DNA of 64,000 nucleotides from Octopus sinensis. Its lineage: Eukaryota. The stretch spans positions 24,800,001 through 24,864,000 of the forward strand of contig NC_043006.1 in NCBI RefSeq assembly GCF_006345805.1, written 5' to 3'. The position numbers and the translations under genes are program-made. The notes below the pieces were generated by a model. It was not told the DNA's origin and made no database searches. It worked only from the letters and a program-made list of their open reading frames with translations. Every line of letters begins with the position of its first letter. Within the stretch, counting starts at the first letter, position 1. Shown here piece after piece: positions 63,050 to 64,000 of the stretch.

Positions 63050-64000
63050 TTGAAAGAATTTTTGTAGGGCCCAAGGGTATTTCTTTACCATAGAGTCTAA
63101 TCCAAAGGAGAAAAAACGAAAATATATATAGCTGTGCTTCAGTAAAGATGCATCTGGATTAAATCTTATCTCATAATAAACAACCACAAGCACTTCTAGA
63201 CATCTTGGAAGAAATCCTCTCAATTGAGAAAGGAAAATGTTACTACATTATCTGCTGTATTTTCAAAACTGAAGACTTAGCTAAAACATAAATTAAAATC
63301 AATAGAATTTGTATCCCCCTGTACATGAGACACAGAAGTACTAGATTGACAATTAGAAGCATTGAGAATGATGTAGATATATAGCAGGTTGTCACTTTTG
63401 TAACACAGTATGGGGGAGTGATTAAAGCAGGGCTAATGAAGGCTCCCCAAAGGCCAAAGAGTCATATGAGAACTGTGCCTAGTTGAGGTCACCAAGACAA
63501 AGAGTATGAGATTGATAATTCAGGGCAGTCACTACATTTATCATTAGAAGAACCATTTCAGAGCTTCTTGCCCTGAAGAATCAGAAAGATTAGAGGCAGA
63601 AAATCCTGAAATGAAAGTAAAGGAAATCATTACTGCCATTTCTGACAGTAAGAAGATCAACAGGCTTCCTCTTCCAAAGCATAGTCAAAACTCCAGGAAT
63701 AGATAGAGAAATCACATTATATTCAGCCTTGGAACAAGAAAGTAGATATTCCCTCTCCTACCATTAGCAACCAGTAACACCACTCCATCCCCATGTTATG
63801 AAGAAGAAATGATAATTGTTGAAGATAATGAACACACAATCAAACATAAAACAAAAGGTAAAAAGAATATATTAGAAAGGGAAAACAGAGTCAGTGTTAA
63901 ACAATTAAAACAAGTGAAAAGGAACAACTTTTACAATATAACACTGATAAGATGAGTTGGGCAAAGAACTGGGATTCACTGTCTCTCAAAAATCAAACTG
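63050..64000 (+). mobile_element. Probable degraded LINE ORF1 (L1/Tx1-like), running off the window
   Basis: Interrupted frame QPQALLDILEEILSIEKGK..RICIPLYMRHRSTRLTIRSIENDVDI.QVVTFVTQYGGVI, RRM-like. Confidence 0.4.

Noticed and set aside
62928-63223. Minus-strand ORF 62969-63223 near an AAG|GTGAGT donor
   Set aside because: The ORF stops before the donor and is antisense to a probable LINE ORF1 remnant.

Overview
AT-rich, repeat-dominated animal genomic DNA. The repeat repertoire (RTE LINEs with (GAT)n tails, two tRNA-derived SINE families, very long TA/CA microsatellites) resembles Octopus; this is recognition of repeat families, not a database result. No complete gene is present. The only convincing host coding sequence is one 464-nt Ser/Thr-rich exon at 13334-13797 (+), with two or three low-confidence candidate micro-exons at 40.6-43.2 kb, so the window probably lies mostly within long introns of a + strand gene I cannot name. 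The rest is transposon remains: non-autonomous Helitrons with canonical ends, RTE, BovB-like, CR1-like and RLE-clade LINEs, Penelope-like elements (PLEs), mariner/Tc1/pogo and piggyBac fossils, MITEs/foldbacks and a Ty3/Gypsy fragment. Most ORFs in the supplied track are microsatellite artefacts. The most interesting signal is a set of hammerhead-ribozyme (HHR) motifs: a near-complete type I HHR with a strongly structured 3' flank and no adjacent PLE ORF at 33286-33520, a head-to-head pair on opposite strands inside a foldback at 29.6 kb, and decayed minimal HHRs in PLE terminal repeats. Also notable are a 1.9-kb palindrome built from four Helitron copies and a nascent satellite growing out of an RTE 3'UTR. 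Most repeat boundaries are approximate, read by eye.
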